IMG/VR virus record: IMGVR_UViG_3300021086_000003
Span: 1 to 29,397 of that record
Length of the DNA stretch: 29,397 nucleotides
Source: a virus
Direction: 5' to 3' (one strand)
Notes under the pieces: generated by a model
The model's input: the letters and a program-made list of their open reading frames with translations, nothing else
Database searches by the model: none
What the model was told of the DNA's origin: nothing
Translations under genes and position numbers: made by a program
Shown: piece by piece, positions 1 to 8,024 of the stretch
Numbering within the stretch: the stretch's first letter is position 1
How the letters are laid out: the number at the start of each line of letters is the position of its first letter

Positions 1-2
1 CT

Positions 3-206
3 GGGCGTGGGCTGACTGTCGCTGGCGGTTCCGCAGCACCCCCGCTCGCTGCAAGTTCTGGGCCGAGCGGCGGCGGGATCGTGGTCAACGTCTGCGTGCA
101 CGGGTCCGTTACCACGGAGAACCAACTGGTCCGGGCGGTACAGAAGGGCATCCTGCAACTGTCCAGCCGCAACTCTGGGTTCGGGCTGGCCCCCGCTTTC
201 CAGTAG
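3..206 (+). CDS. C-terminal end of probable tape measure protein (5' truncated)
   Basis: Open frame ...SGPSGGGIVVNVCVHGSVTTENQLVRAVQKGILQLSSRNSGFGLAPAFQ* ending TAG 204-206; resembles typical actinophage TMP C-termini and directly precedes tail genes. Confidence 0.6.
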   Translation, partial: GRGLTVAGGSAAPPLAASSGPSGGGIVVNVCVHGSVTTENQLVRAVQKGILQLSSRNSGFGLAPAFQ

Positions 207-218
207 TGGGGGGGTGCG

Positions 219-3077
219 GTGTTGGCAGCACTCAACCCCAGCTGGCCGCTGGTCACCGTCAACGCTGATTTCACCCAGGGGCCGCCGCACGTGCCTGGCG
301 CGTCGGCGGTGTCGCTGAACGCGCCCAGCCGGCGTACCGCGGTGCGGGCGATCGATATCCAGCGGGGCCGGCAGTACGAGCTGGACCAGGTTCAGGCGGG
401 GACAGCCTCGGTGACGGTTGTTGACCCGCTGGAGCAACTGCACCCGTCGAACGGATCATCCCCGTTCAACACGTCCGGCAACACGATCACGTCGTATCGG
501 TGTTGCCAGATCGGGGCGTGGTGGAGCACCACCACGCCGCCGGTGGCCGGGAACTGGCTCAACGCGACCGTGAACGCACCAGGCCAGCCGAAGATCTTTT
601 CGAACTTCCCGGCCTACGGCTACGACCCGTCGCTCGAGTCGTGGCTCGTGGCGTCGTCCGTGTCGGCCGGGTCGACGTACGCGGTGTCGGTGGCGCAGCC
701 GGACGGCTCGTACACGGTGTGGCAAGCATCGCTGGCGTCATCGGCGGCGGCGGTCACGTTCTACCCGCGGTGCTCCCCGGGCGGCACCTACACGCTGACG
801 TTCGACGTGTACGCCACCACCAACGTCACGGTTACCGCCGCGTATGGGGCGACCACGGTGTCGTCGACGACCACGGGCGCCTACCAGAGCCGCACGCTGG
901 GCCCGTTCGCGGCGGTGCTGGACACGCCGATCACCCTCAAGACCACCACCTCGGGCAGCTATCCCGCCGTGTTCTATGTGGCGAACTTTCGGCTTGCCGG
1001 CGTGATGCCGGGCTGGTCACAGTCCGGTGGATCGGCGATGGGCTACACCACGGCCCAGGCCCACTCTGGTAGCTACTCGTGCGGGTCGACGATGGCGGCC
1101 AACACGGATTCGTTTCTGGTGCCGGTGCCGCTCGTGCCGGGCGTCACGTACACCATGTCGTCGTGGGTGTACGCGGCCGGGGCGGGCACGGTCGCGTCAA
1201 TGGCTGTGGCGGGCACCGCGGTCTCGACGTCCGTGGTCAACGCGTGGCAGCGGCTCTCGGTGACGTTCACGGCCACCGATGCCGTGACGACCGTGCGGTG
1301 GGCGATCCCGTCGGCATCCGCGTACCCGGCGGTGCTGTATGTCGACGACATCCAACTGGAGGCGGCGGCCAGCGCCTCCACCTACACCTCGACCGGGCCC
1401 ACGTTCTACCCGCTGTACACCGGCTACATCGAGAGATTCCCGCTGGCGTGGGACATGCAAGGCACCCGCGGGATTCGGCCGTTGACGTGCGTTGATGCTC
1501 TGTCGATCTTGTCCCGTACCGAGATCCACCAGTCGTATGCGGCGACGATCAGCGGCGACTCGCCGTACGTGGTGATCCCGTACAACGACGCCGCGCTGCC
1601 ACAGGCCGTGCAACTCCCCCAGGGCGGGACACCGTTCCTGGGCTACCAGAATCTGGGCACCCAGGGCTCGGTGAGCTTCGCGGGCGACACGTTCCTGGAC
1701 GGCACGAGCGCGGTCACCGTGACGCAGCAAAACACCAACCCGCCCGGCAACTCGAATACCGCGTATATCACCTACCTGGGCACCCTCAACGGCTCGTTGA
1801 GCATGAACCCGCAGTCGTTCACCATCGAGGCGTGGGTTCGCGCTACTGCTGGCGCCATGTACTTCGGTGCCGGATCGGTGCCGTACACGGAAAACCCCAA
1901 CCCGGAACCGTTCGGGCCAGCGTTTTTCGTGGGCTGGTACACCATTGCTGGCCGGCTCAACTGGTACTACAACGACCCCACCAACGTGTCCGTTTACGGC
2001 GGGGTCGTGGCGTCCGGTGCCTACGCCGGATACCCCGACGGGCAGTGGCACTACCTCGCGATCCGGCTGCCCGGTAGCAACGGTCTGAACGCCATTACTG
2101 ACAGTTTCGTGGGCGGCACCGCCACCATCACGCCCGCCACGGCGGTCACCTTGAACAACTTTTTTGTTGACTGCCAAACCTATTCTCCCGACCCGGTGTG
2201 CACCGTGTCGGTTGCGAACTGGGCGTGCTACCCCGCGCCCCTGACCAACGCTCAAATGTTGGCGCACTACAACCGGGGTGCCGGGTACATCAACGAGGTG
2301 TCCGGCGCCCGTGTGGCGCGCCTGTTGGCGTCGTACTGGCCGGGCGGTGCGACGTCGGTCGCGGCCGGGAAGCGCCAGATGGCACCGGACTACGGCTACA
2401 ACACCCGGTTCGTGTTGGACGTGCTTCAGGAGATCCAGGAAACCGAGCGGGGCCTGGTGTATGCGTCTGCGGCCGGGGTGTTGGTGTTCGAGGACTCCGT
2501 CAGCCGGTACAGCAGCCAAACGTCGCTGTGGGTGTTCGGGGAAAACCCGGCCGGGGCCAGCCCCACCGAGCATCCGTATTCGGTGCTGGAAGAGGCGTTC
2601 GACCCGACCTATACGTTTTCGCAGACGAACCTGACCCGGCCCGGTAACGCCGCTTTCGCGCCGCTGCCTTCGCCGCTGCCAACCGACCCGCCGTACGGGC
2701 AGCGGGTGCTCAGTCAGCAAGTCCAGGTCAACACCGATTTCGACCTGACCCAGGCCAGCGTCTTCTACCTGTCCCGGTACGGGGCGCCGACCGTGCGGAT
2801 CGACACCTTGACCCTCAACGCGTCGGCGAACCCCGCGTTGTGGCCGGTGGTGTTGTCGCTGGAAATCTCGCAGCGGATCACCGTGACCCGCCGCACCAGC
2901 GCTGGCCTGACCACCACCAAGGACTACTACATCGAGCAGATCGGGCACGCGATCAACGCGGACGCCGGCACCTGGACAGTGACCCTACAGTGCTCGCCGG
3001 TTTTCAACAGCACGGCCTGGATTTTGGGTGACGCCACCTACGGGGTGTTGGGCACCACCACGATTCCCGTCTACTGA
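219..3077 (+). CDS. Minor tail protein with carbohydrate-binding (CBM4/9-like) and LamG-like domains
   Basis: 952 aa; RGRQYELDQVQAGTASV N-terminus, PGVTYTMSSWV...WQRLSVTFTAT...LYVDDIQLE CBM-like motif, FTIEAWVR...DGQWHYLAI LamG motif, YYIEQIGHAI...WTVTLQCSP tail-hub-like C-terminus. Confidence 0.8.
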   Translation: MLAALNPSWPLVTVNADFTQGPPHVPGASAVSLNAPSRRTAVRAIDIQRGRQYELDQVQAGTASVTVVDPLEQLHPSNGSSPFNTSGNTITSYRCCQIGAWWSTTTPPVAGNWLNATVNAPGQPKIFSNFPAYGYDPSLESWLVASSVSAGSTYAVSVAQPDGSYTVWQASLASSAAAVTFYPRCSPGGTYTLTFDVYATTNVTVTAAYGATTVSSTTTGAYQSRTLGPFAAVLDTPITLKTTTSGSYPAVFYVANFRLAGVMPGWSQSGGSAMGYTTAQAHSGSYSCGSTMAANTDSFLVPVPLVPGVTYTMSSWVYAAGAGTVASMAVAGTAVSTSVVNAWQRLSVTFTATDAVTTVRWAIPSASAYPAVLYVDDIQLEAAASASTYTSTGPTFYPLYTGYIERFPLAWDMQGTRGIRPLTCVDALSILSRTEIHQSYAATISGDSPYVVIPYNDAALPQAVQLPQGGTPFLGYQNLGTQGSVSFAGDTFLDGTSAVTVTQQNTNPPGNSNTAYITYLGTLNGSLSMNPQSFTIEAWVRATAGAMYFGAGSVPYTENPNPEPFGPAFFVGWYTIAGRLNWYYNDPTNVSVYGGVVASGAYAGYPDGQWHYLAIRLPGSNGLNAITDSFVGGTATITPATAVTLNNFFVDCQTYSPDPVCTVSVANWACYPAPLTNAQMLAHYNRGAGYINEVSGARVARLLASYWPGGATSVAAGKRQMAPDYGYNTRFVLDVLQEIQETERGLVYASAAGVLVFEDSVSRYSSQTSLWVFGENPAGASPTEHPYSVLEEAFDPTYTFSQTNLTRPGNAAFAPLPSPLPTDPPYGQRVLSQQVQVNTDFDLTQASVFYLSRYGAPTVRIDTLTLNASANPALWPVVLSLEISQRITVTRRTSAGLTTTKDYYIEQIGHAINADAGTWTVTLQCSPVFNSTAWILGDATYGVLGTTTIPVY

Positions 3078-3104
3078 CTCGGGTTTCCGGGGTTGGGGGG
3101 ATGC

Positions 3105-3683
3105 GTGGCTATTCCTACCCCGGTGATTCCGTCGTTCACGGACGGCACGGTGGTGCACCAAGCTGACCTCAATGCGTTGGCGTCGAACCTGACGAACCTG
3201 TACAACTACAACCAGGGCGCTTTCAACAGCCAGCGCCCGGCGTGTATGGCTGTTCAAACCGTCACGCAAGGTGTCGCGAACAGCACGGCAACGCTGGTGA
3301 ATTTCAATTCGGCGCCGGTGAATGTCGGTAACATGTGGGTCGGGAGCCAGCCGACACAGATTACGATCCAGATAGCGGGGATCTACTACCTGTTTGGGCA
3401 GGTTCGGTATCCGGCCGACGCATCCGGCACGCTGGGTATCGTCTGCCGCGGCAACATCATGATCAACGGTACAAATCCCGCCACGAACAGTGTGTCGAAC
3501 ACGGACGTGCCGTTCCCGACTGTCGGTAACGGGCCAACCGCCGCAGCGTGGTTCGTGTCGAACCTCGCGGCAGGAGCCGTTGTCTATCTGGACACGCTGC
3601 ATAACGCCGGTGCCGGTATCAACACGAGCCTGCTCTACGGCGGTTCTTTCCTGTCCGCGTTTTTTGTCGCCGCACCAACATGA
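3105..3683 (+). CDS. Minor tail protein (C1q/TNF-like beta-sandwich C-terminus)
   Basis: GTG start behind a G-rich RBS; FTDGTVVHQADLN N-terminal motif and ITIQIAGIYYLFGQV...LAAGAVVYL motif typical of actinophage minor tail proteins. Confidence 0.7.
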   Translation: MAIPTPVIPSFTDGTVVHQADLNALASNLTNLYNYNQGAFNSQRPACMAVQTVTQGVANSTATLVNFNSAPVNVGNMWVGSQPTQITIQIAGIYYLFGQVRYPADASGTLGIVCRGNIMINGTNPATNSVSNTDVPFPTVGNGPTAAAWFVSNLAAGAVVYLDTLHNAGAGINTSLLYGGSFLSAFFVAAPT

Positions 3684-3704
3684 TGAGGGCGAGGTCGAAT
3701 CCCT

Positions 3705-4223
3705 GTGCCGATGACTACCACGGTGGACCTCGCCTACGAGGGCGCCCCATCCTGTACCGAATGCCAACGCATCGGAATCCCGGTCTGTGACCACGTCGGG
3801 TTCACCGCGACCGCGTGGGACCACCTGATGGGGCATGCGGTGCATGTGCCTGGCCTGGACGACGCCCACCAGCACCGTCTCGTGTCGGCGACGGTGTCGC
3901 CGGACCGGAAGACGATCACGCTGGTGGTGGACACGGACCGGCCGCTGCATCACGACCTGGCCCGGCACCTGTCCACCTACACCCACCTGCCGGCCAAGGC
4001 GGCAGTCCAGGCAGTGCACCACGAGACAGGGGATGTCCTCGCAGAGGGCCACTACGACCGGCTCTTGGAGCCGGGGATGCAGGTCGCGATCGATCGGGAT
4101 CTGTACACGGTGGCGTCGGTGGAGCACCCGGCACGCACCGAGACCGGGTCCAGTGACGGGCCCGACGTGCAGGTCGCCCGGCTGGTGCCGGTGGCCGCGG
4201 ACACGATCCGGGCCGCGTCGTGA
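3705..4223 (+). CDS. Hypothetical phage protein
   Basis: 172 aa, GC3-rich codons, GTGA overlap with next gene; N-terminal CTEC...CDH possible metal site. Confidence 0.7.
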   Translation: MPMTTTVDLAYEGAPSCTECQRIGIPVCDHVGFTATAWDHLMGHAVHVPGLDDAHQHRLVSATVSPDRKTITLVVDTDRPLHHDLARHLSTYTHLPAKAAVQAVHHETGDVLAEGHYDRLLEPGMQVAIDRDLYTVASVEHPARTETGSSDGPDVQVARLVPVAADTIRAAS

Positions 4224-5326
4224 CCGGCCGGCTAGCTCGCCTGGCATTGGTGCTGCTGGCGTGGGCCGCGCTGGTCACCGGGTGCGCGCCATCCACCGAT
4301 GCCGCGGTGCCGGTACGAACTGCGGTCGGCGCGCTGGTCGATGTGACCGGGGTTGACCTGCACGACGGGATGGTCACCCAGGTCGGCGCGGTCACCTACC
4401 TGTACGGCACCGAGTACGGCTGCGGGTTCACGTGGGGGCAGCACAACACCCCGTGGTGCGGGTTTGGTGTCGCCACCTCGACCGACCTGGTGCACTGGAC
4501 CACGCCCGTGCTGCTGGTCAAACCCACGGATACCGATCCGTGGACCGGCACCACGTGGCAGGTGGAGTGCGGCGGCACCGGGGCCGGATGCTTCAACCCG
4601 CGCATGATCCAACGCACCGGGTGGGGACCCAACGACGGCGTGTGGATTCTGTGGTTCAACGCGCCCGCCGACTACAACCGATCCTTCGCCAACGCCTACT
4701 ACGCGATGGGCTGCAATGGCCCGGCTGGGCCGTGCGGCCAGAATGCCGGGCCCCCGTTCGGGTCGACGCACAAGCCGTCCCTGGCCCTGTGTGGCGGCAA
4801 CGGCGACCTCGCCCTCGTCCCCCAGGTTGGCGCGCCGCCTGTGTTGCTGTGCACCAACGCGGACCAGACCTTATCCGAAGAGCAACTGTCCGTCTGGGGC
4901 ACTGATGGGGTCGGGACCGGCGCCACCCACCTCGCGGGGCTGGGCAACGTCGAATCCCCCGGCGCCTACCGAGACTCCAGCGGCACGTGGATCTTGACCT
5001 ACTCCGACCCGAACTGTGGCTACTGCACCGGGGACGGCACCGGGTACGCGACCGCGCCGACCGTGACCGGGCCGTGGACCGCACCCGCCGCCACCGGGGT
5101 AGCGCCACCGGCCACGGGGCGGCGGGACCTGTCCGCGACCAGTTGCGGCGGCCAACCCCGCACCGTGTCCGTCATCAATGGCCAGCCGTATGAGGGCATC
5201 GACCTGTGGACCGGGTCGCTGAACGAGCCCGGCGCCGGGCTGCACTACGAGCCGCTGACCTACACCGCAACCGGCGGGGCGCCGGGCACGGTGTGGCAGC
5301 CGTTCACGCCCTGGCCGTGCACCTGA
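4220..5326 (+). CDS. Lipoprotein, glycoside hydrolase family 43-like five-bladed beta-propeller
   Basis: Signal peptide with lipobox LVTG-C; HDG...YLYGTEY, TSTDLVHWT, CFNPRM, VESPGAYR...WILTYSD...YATAPTVTGPW match GH43-type motifs. Confidence 0.75.
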   Translation: MTGRLARLALVLLAWAALVTGCAPSTDAAVPVRTAVGALVDVTGVDLHDGMVTQVGAVTYLYGTEYGCGFTWGQHNTPWCGFGVATSTDLVHWTTPVLLVKPTDTDPWTGTTWQVECGGTGAGCFNPRMIQRTGWGPNDGVWILWFNAPADYNRSFANAYYAMGCNGPAGPCGQNAGPPFGSTHKPSLALCGGNGDLALVPQVGAPPVLLCTNADQTLSEEQLSVWGTDGVGTGATHLAGLGNVESPGAYRDSSGTWILTYSDPNCGYCTGDGTGYATAPTVTGPWTAPAATGVAPPATGRRDLSATSCGGQPRTVSVINGQPYEGIDLWTGSLNEPGAGLHYEPLTYTATGGAPGTVWQPFTPWPCT

Positions 5327-5363
5327 CCTGCTGAAACCCTCCTGTGCTACGCGGGGGTGCGCG

Positions 5364-5855
5364 ATGGGTGCATGGCTCGCCGGTCTGGCCAACGTCCTCT
5401 CCCAGGCCCGGAGGTCACCTCTCGCGCAGCGCCTCAAAACCGAGCCGCACTCCCACATGGCGGTCATGGCAGCCGTGTTCGCGGCGATCGGCCTGACCCT
5501 GATGCTGCAACCCAGTCGGTACGCCAACACCCCGAGCTACGCAAATTTGCTGGACATCGCGCGGCAACAGACCTGGTCAGTCGCGTATCTGGTGGCCGCT
5601 GCATTGAAGGTCGCGGCGATCTGCCGACCCGCGCACCGGGCGCTCGTGATCGTCACTCACACGGTGTCGATCACGCTGGTCGGGGTGTGGCTCGCCGCGT
5701 TTATTGTTCGTTGGATTACGGACGACGGCACCACCATCGTCAACGTCTCCTCGTGGAGCGTCTACCTGTACCTGGTGGTCCGTGCCGCCGTCTCCATCGA
5801 CAACCCACCGATGCCCGGACCTCCCGCCGATGCCCAGTCATCGGACCTCCCGTGA
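5364..5855 (+). CDS. Membrane protein (about 4 TM), holin candidate
   Basis: Four hydrophobic stretches; located in lysis region; GTGA overlap with next gene. Confidence 0.65.
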   Translation: MGAWLAGLANVLSQARRSPLAQRLKTEPHSHMAVMAAVFAAIGLTLMLQPSRYANTPSYANLLDIARQQTWSVAYLVAAALKVAAICRPAHRALVIVTHTVSITLVGVWLAAFIVRWITDDGTTIVNVSSWSVYLYLVVRAAVSIDNPPMPGPPADAQSSDLP

Positions 5856-6190
5856 ACACGGTCGAATGGACTGCGGTCCTCGGAGTCGTCGTCACCGTGC
5901 TGGGCACCGTGCTGATCCCGATGTGGCTGGCCCGCCGCAAACGGCGCGACGACACCGACATCGCGGATGTCGTGTCCTGGAAAGGCATCACGGAGGCGCT
6001 CCAGAAGGAGCGGGACGCGCTACGCCGGCAACTCGACGACATCGAGGAGCGGCACCGCCGGCAGGCCAAAGATATGGAAGCCGATTTCGATCAGCGGTCG
6101 GCGGCGATGAAGAAGCGGATCGCGGACCTTGAGGACGAGGTCGCGGCCCTGCGGCGGGCGCTGCGTGGTGATGTCGGGCACGGCTCGTGA
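5852..6190 (+). CDS. Single-TM plus coiled-coil membrane protein (lysis cassette)
   Basis: GTG 5852 overlaps upstream TGA; WTAVLGVVVTVLGTVLIPMWL TM, RRKRR, then heptad-rich ALQKERDALRRQLDDIEE...IADLEDEVAALRR; likely real start is downstream of the 5357 ORF call. Confidence 0.75.
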   Translation: MNTVEWTAVLGVVVTVLGTVLIPMWLARRKRRDDTDIADVVSWKGITEALQKERDALRRQLDDIEERHRRQAKDMEADFDQRSAAMKKRIADLEDEVAALRRALRGDVGHGS

Positions 6191-6561
6191 GCGAACGGGC
6201 CCTGGCGGTGTGCTTCCTCGTCGTGTCGATCATCTCCACCACTACCCAGGGCGTGTCGCTGGGCCGGTTGACCCGGTGGCAGTGGCCGCTGAGTCCCCGG
6301 CGCCGACGGGTGCATTCCGCGATGGTGCGGACTGCGGTGTGCCGGGTCGTCGCTGCCGCCATCTATGTCGGTGTCGGGATCAGCACCCTGATCGCACAGG
6401 AAACCCTTCCCGTCCTCGCGCTGGTCGTGTTCTCGGCGGTGCAGCTGATGTGGCAGGCCAATTCGATAGCTGACATTCGGTTGCACCGCGTTCTGGACCG
6501 CGAACCGTCCCCTTCCCCCGACGCGATACCGGACGGTGGTGATAGCTATGGCGCTACCTGA
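6187..6561 (+). CDS. Membrane protein (2-3 TM), holin candidate
   Basis: Hydrophobic segments separated by an Arg-rich loop; translationally coupled to upstream gene. Confidence 0.65.
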   Translation: MSERALAVCFLVVSIISTTTQGVSLGRLTRWQWPLSPRRRRVHSAMVRTAVCRVVAAAIYVGVGISTLIAQETLPVLALVVFSAVQLMWQANSIADIRLHRVLDREPSPSPDAIPDGGDSYGAT

Positions 6562-7075
6562 CCTGTCGGTGCTGGACCAGCACAAGCGGACCCCGTTCCC
6601 GCCTGGCTACCCGGCGAACCGGCGCACCTTCTACTCGCCGGTCGATGCGGTGCACGCCGCGCTGCTCGCGGTACTCGGCGCGGCGAGCACCAGCCTCGTG
6701 GTCGCTATGTACGGGTTCGACGATGATGCCCTGGCCGCAGTGCTGCACGCCAAGCTCGACGATGAGCACTGCTACGTGCAACTCACCCTGGACTCGTCCC
6801 AGGCCGGCGGGGTCCACGAAAAGGCCCTCCTGGCCAAGACTGCCCTGCCTGGCAATTCGGTGGTCGCTGGCAGGAGCGAGCGCGGGGCGATCATGCACTT
6901 GAAGCTGGTCGTGATAGACGGGCTGGACGTGGTGTCCGGGTCCACGAACTGGTCCACTTCGGGCGAGACCTTGCAGGACAACGAACTCACCATCACCCGA
7001 GATCCGCTGGTCGCCGCGGAAGCCCGAGCTCGGGTCGACGTGATCCACGCTTCGATGCTGCACCGCGCGTCGTGA
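6548..7075 (+). CDS. Phospholipase D-family protein, single HKD motif (Nuc/PLD6-like)
   Basis: [21 protein letters not shown]...QDNEL = HxKxxxxD(x6)GSxN; upstream SLVVAMYGF motif; ATG 6548 preferred to 6536. Confidence 0.9.
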   Translation: MALPDLSVLDQHKRTPFPPGYPANRRTFYSPVDAVHAALLAVLGAASTSLVVAMYGFDDDALAAVLHAKLDDEHCYVQLTLDSSQAGGVHEKALLAKTALPGNSVVAGRSERGAIMHLKLVVIDGLDVVSGSTNWSTSGETLQDNELTITRDPLVAAEARARVDVIHASMLHRAS

Positions 7076-7893
7076 GGACCCTCTACGACAGCGTCAACCC
7101 GGCCGCGATCCCTTCTACTGCCGCGATGGTCGCCGGCTACATCGACGGCATGTATGCGTGGCGGCCGGCCGACTGGGCGCGGTTCCCGCGGGCGGTGCAG
7201 GTGCGGATCGCGGTGTTCGCCTCCACCAATGCCGGGCATGTCCTGGATATCGAGACTGGTGACGCCACGCCCGTGCAGGCCCCCGGGTGGGTGCAGAAGC
7301 GGCGCGCGGCCGGCGCGGACCCGTCGGTGTACTGCTCGATGTCGCTGTGGCCCACCGTCCGGGCCGCCTTCGCCGCCGCCCACGTGCCCGAGCCGCACTA
7401 CTGGGTCGCTGGCTATCCGGGTGGCGGGCCGATCATCCCCGCCGGGGCGGTTGCTCACCAGTACGCCGACCCGGCGACCAGCGGTGGAGACTGGGACCTG
7501 TCCGTGGTGGCCGACTACTGGCCCGGAGTCGATGGAGGAGCCGTGGCGCTGCTACAGCCCGATGACCACCCTGCGATCCAGTCGGACCTCGAAACGGTGC
7601 TGGCTGGCTCATGGCGGTTCGACGGCCGCAACCCCGTCGACATGTGGCGGCAGACGGTGGCCTCCGTCTTCGCGATCCAGGCGAGCCTCGCCGCGCTCGC
7701 AGGCGCCCTGTCCGCGGAGGAAGCCGCCGTCTTGGCTGCCATCAAGACTGTGCCGGCTGGTGGCCAGGTCGATGTCGTGGCGCTTGCTGCTTCGTTGGCC
7801 GGTCCGCTCGCTGCTGCCCTCAAGCCCCTGCTGCCGGCAGGTACCACGCCGACGCAGTTCTTTGCCGCGCTGGCTGGCCAGCTCGCGAAATGA
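7072..7893 (+). CDS. Probable endolysin, GH25-like muramidase with Ala-rich helical C-terminal domain
   Basis: YDS N-terminus, LDIETGD (DxE), PSVYCS, YWVAGY, AVAHQY...DLS motifs of the GH25-like barrel; position after membrane genes. Confidence 0.7.
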   Translation: MRTLYDSVNPAAIPSTAAMVAGYIDGMYAWRPADWARFPRAVQVRIAVFASTNAGHVLDIETGDATPVQAPGWVQKRRAAGADPSVYCSMSLWPTVRAAFAAAHVPEPHYWVAGYPGGGPIIPAGAVAHQYADPATSGGDWDLSVVADYWPGVDGGAVALLQPDDHPAIQSDLETVLAGSWRFDGRNPVDMWRQTVASVFAIQASLAALAGALSAEEAAVLAAIKTVPAGGQVDVVALAASLAGPLAAALKPLLPAGTTPTQFFAALAGQLAK

Positions 7894-7918
7894 CCGCCCC
7901 CATCCTCGGCTGTACTCT
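7890..7918 (+). promoter_or_regulatory. Candidate sigma70-type promoter for the tRNA-like element
   Basis: ATGACC (7890-7895), 17 bp, TACTCT (7913-7918); predicted start about 7925, just before the closing stem. Confidence 0.4.
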
Positions 7919-7925
7919 CGACATC

Positions 7926-8010
7926 GAGGGGCGATCCTTGGGATAGGGGTCCGGTTCAATTCCGGCGCAAGGCTGGCCTGTCGAGCGGTTCGATTCCGCC
8001 GTCGCCTCTC
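7926..8010 (+). ncRNA. tRNA-like cloverleaf RNA (non-canonical, two T-loop-like hairpins)
   Basis: GAGGGGCGAT/GTCGCCTCTC 10-bp closing stem; hairpins TCCTT-GGGAT-AGGGG, CCGG-TTCAATT-CCGG, AGG-CTGG-CCT, GCGG-TTCGATT-CCGC. Confidence 0.55.
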
Positions 8011-8024
8011 CCCGGGGGTGCACC

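Noticed and set aside
1197-2948. 583-aa minus-strand ORF and other long antisense ORFs (2985..4247, 8285..9415, 14614..15594)
   Set aside because: Shadow ORFs of GC-rich genes; no RBS, no motifs, fully overlapped by well-supported genes
5357-5851. N-terminal extension of the 277-aa ORF
   Set aside because: Overlaps the 4-TM gene out of frame; the coupled GTG at 5852 is the better start
7890-7946. 18-codon [21 protein letters not shown] overlapping the endolysin stop
   Set aside because: Too short, no RBS; the region is better explained as promoter plus structured RNA
7926-8010. Canonical tRNA-Leu/tRNA-Sec or an attB/attP tRNA remnant
   Set aside because: Non-canonical D arm and anticodon loop, TCA not centred in the loop, no CCA, and no integrase or duplicate copy in the window
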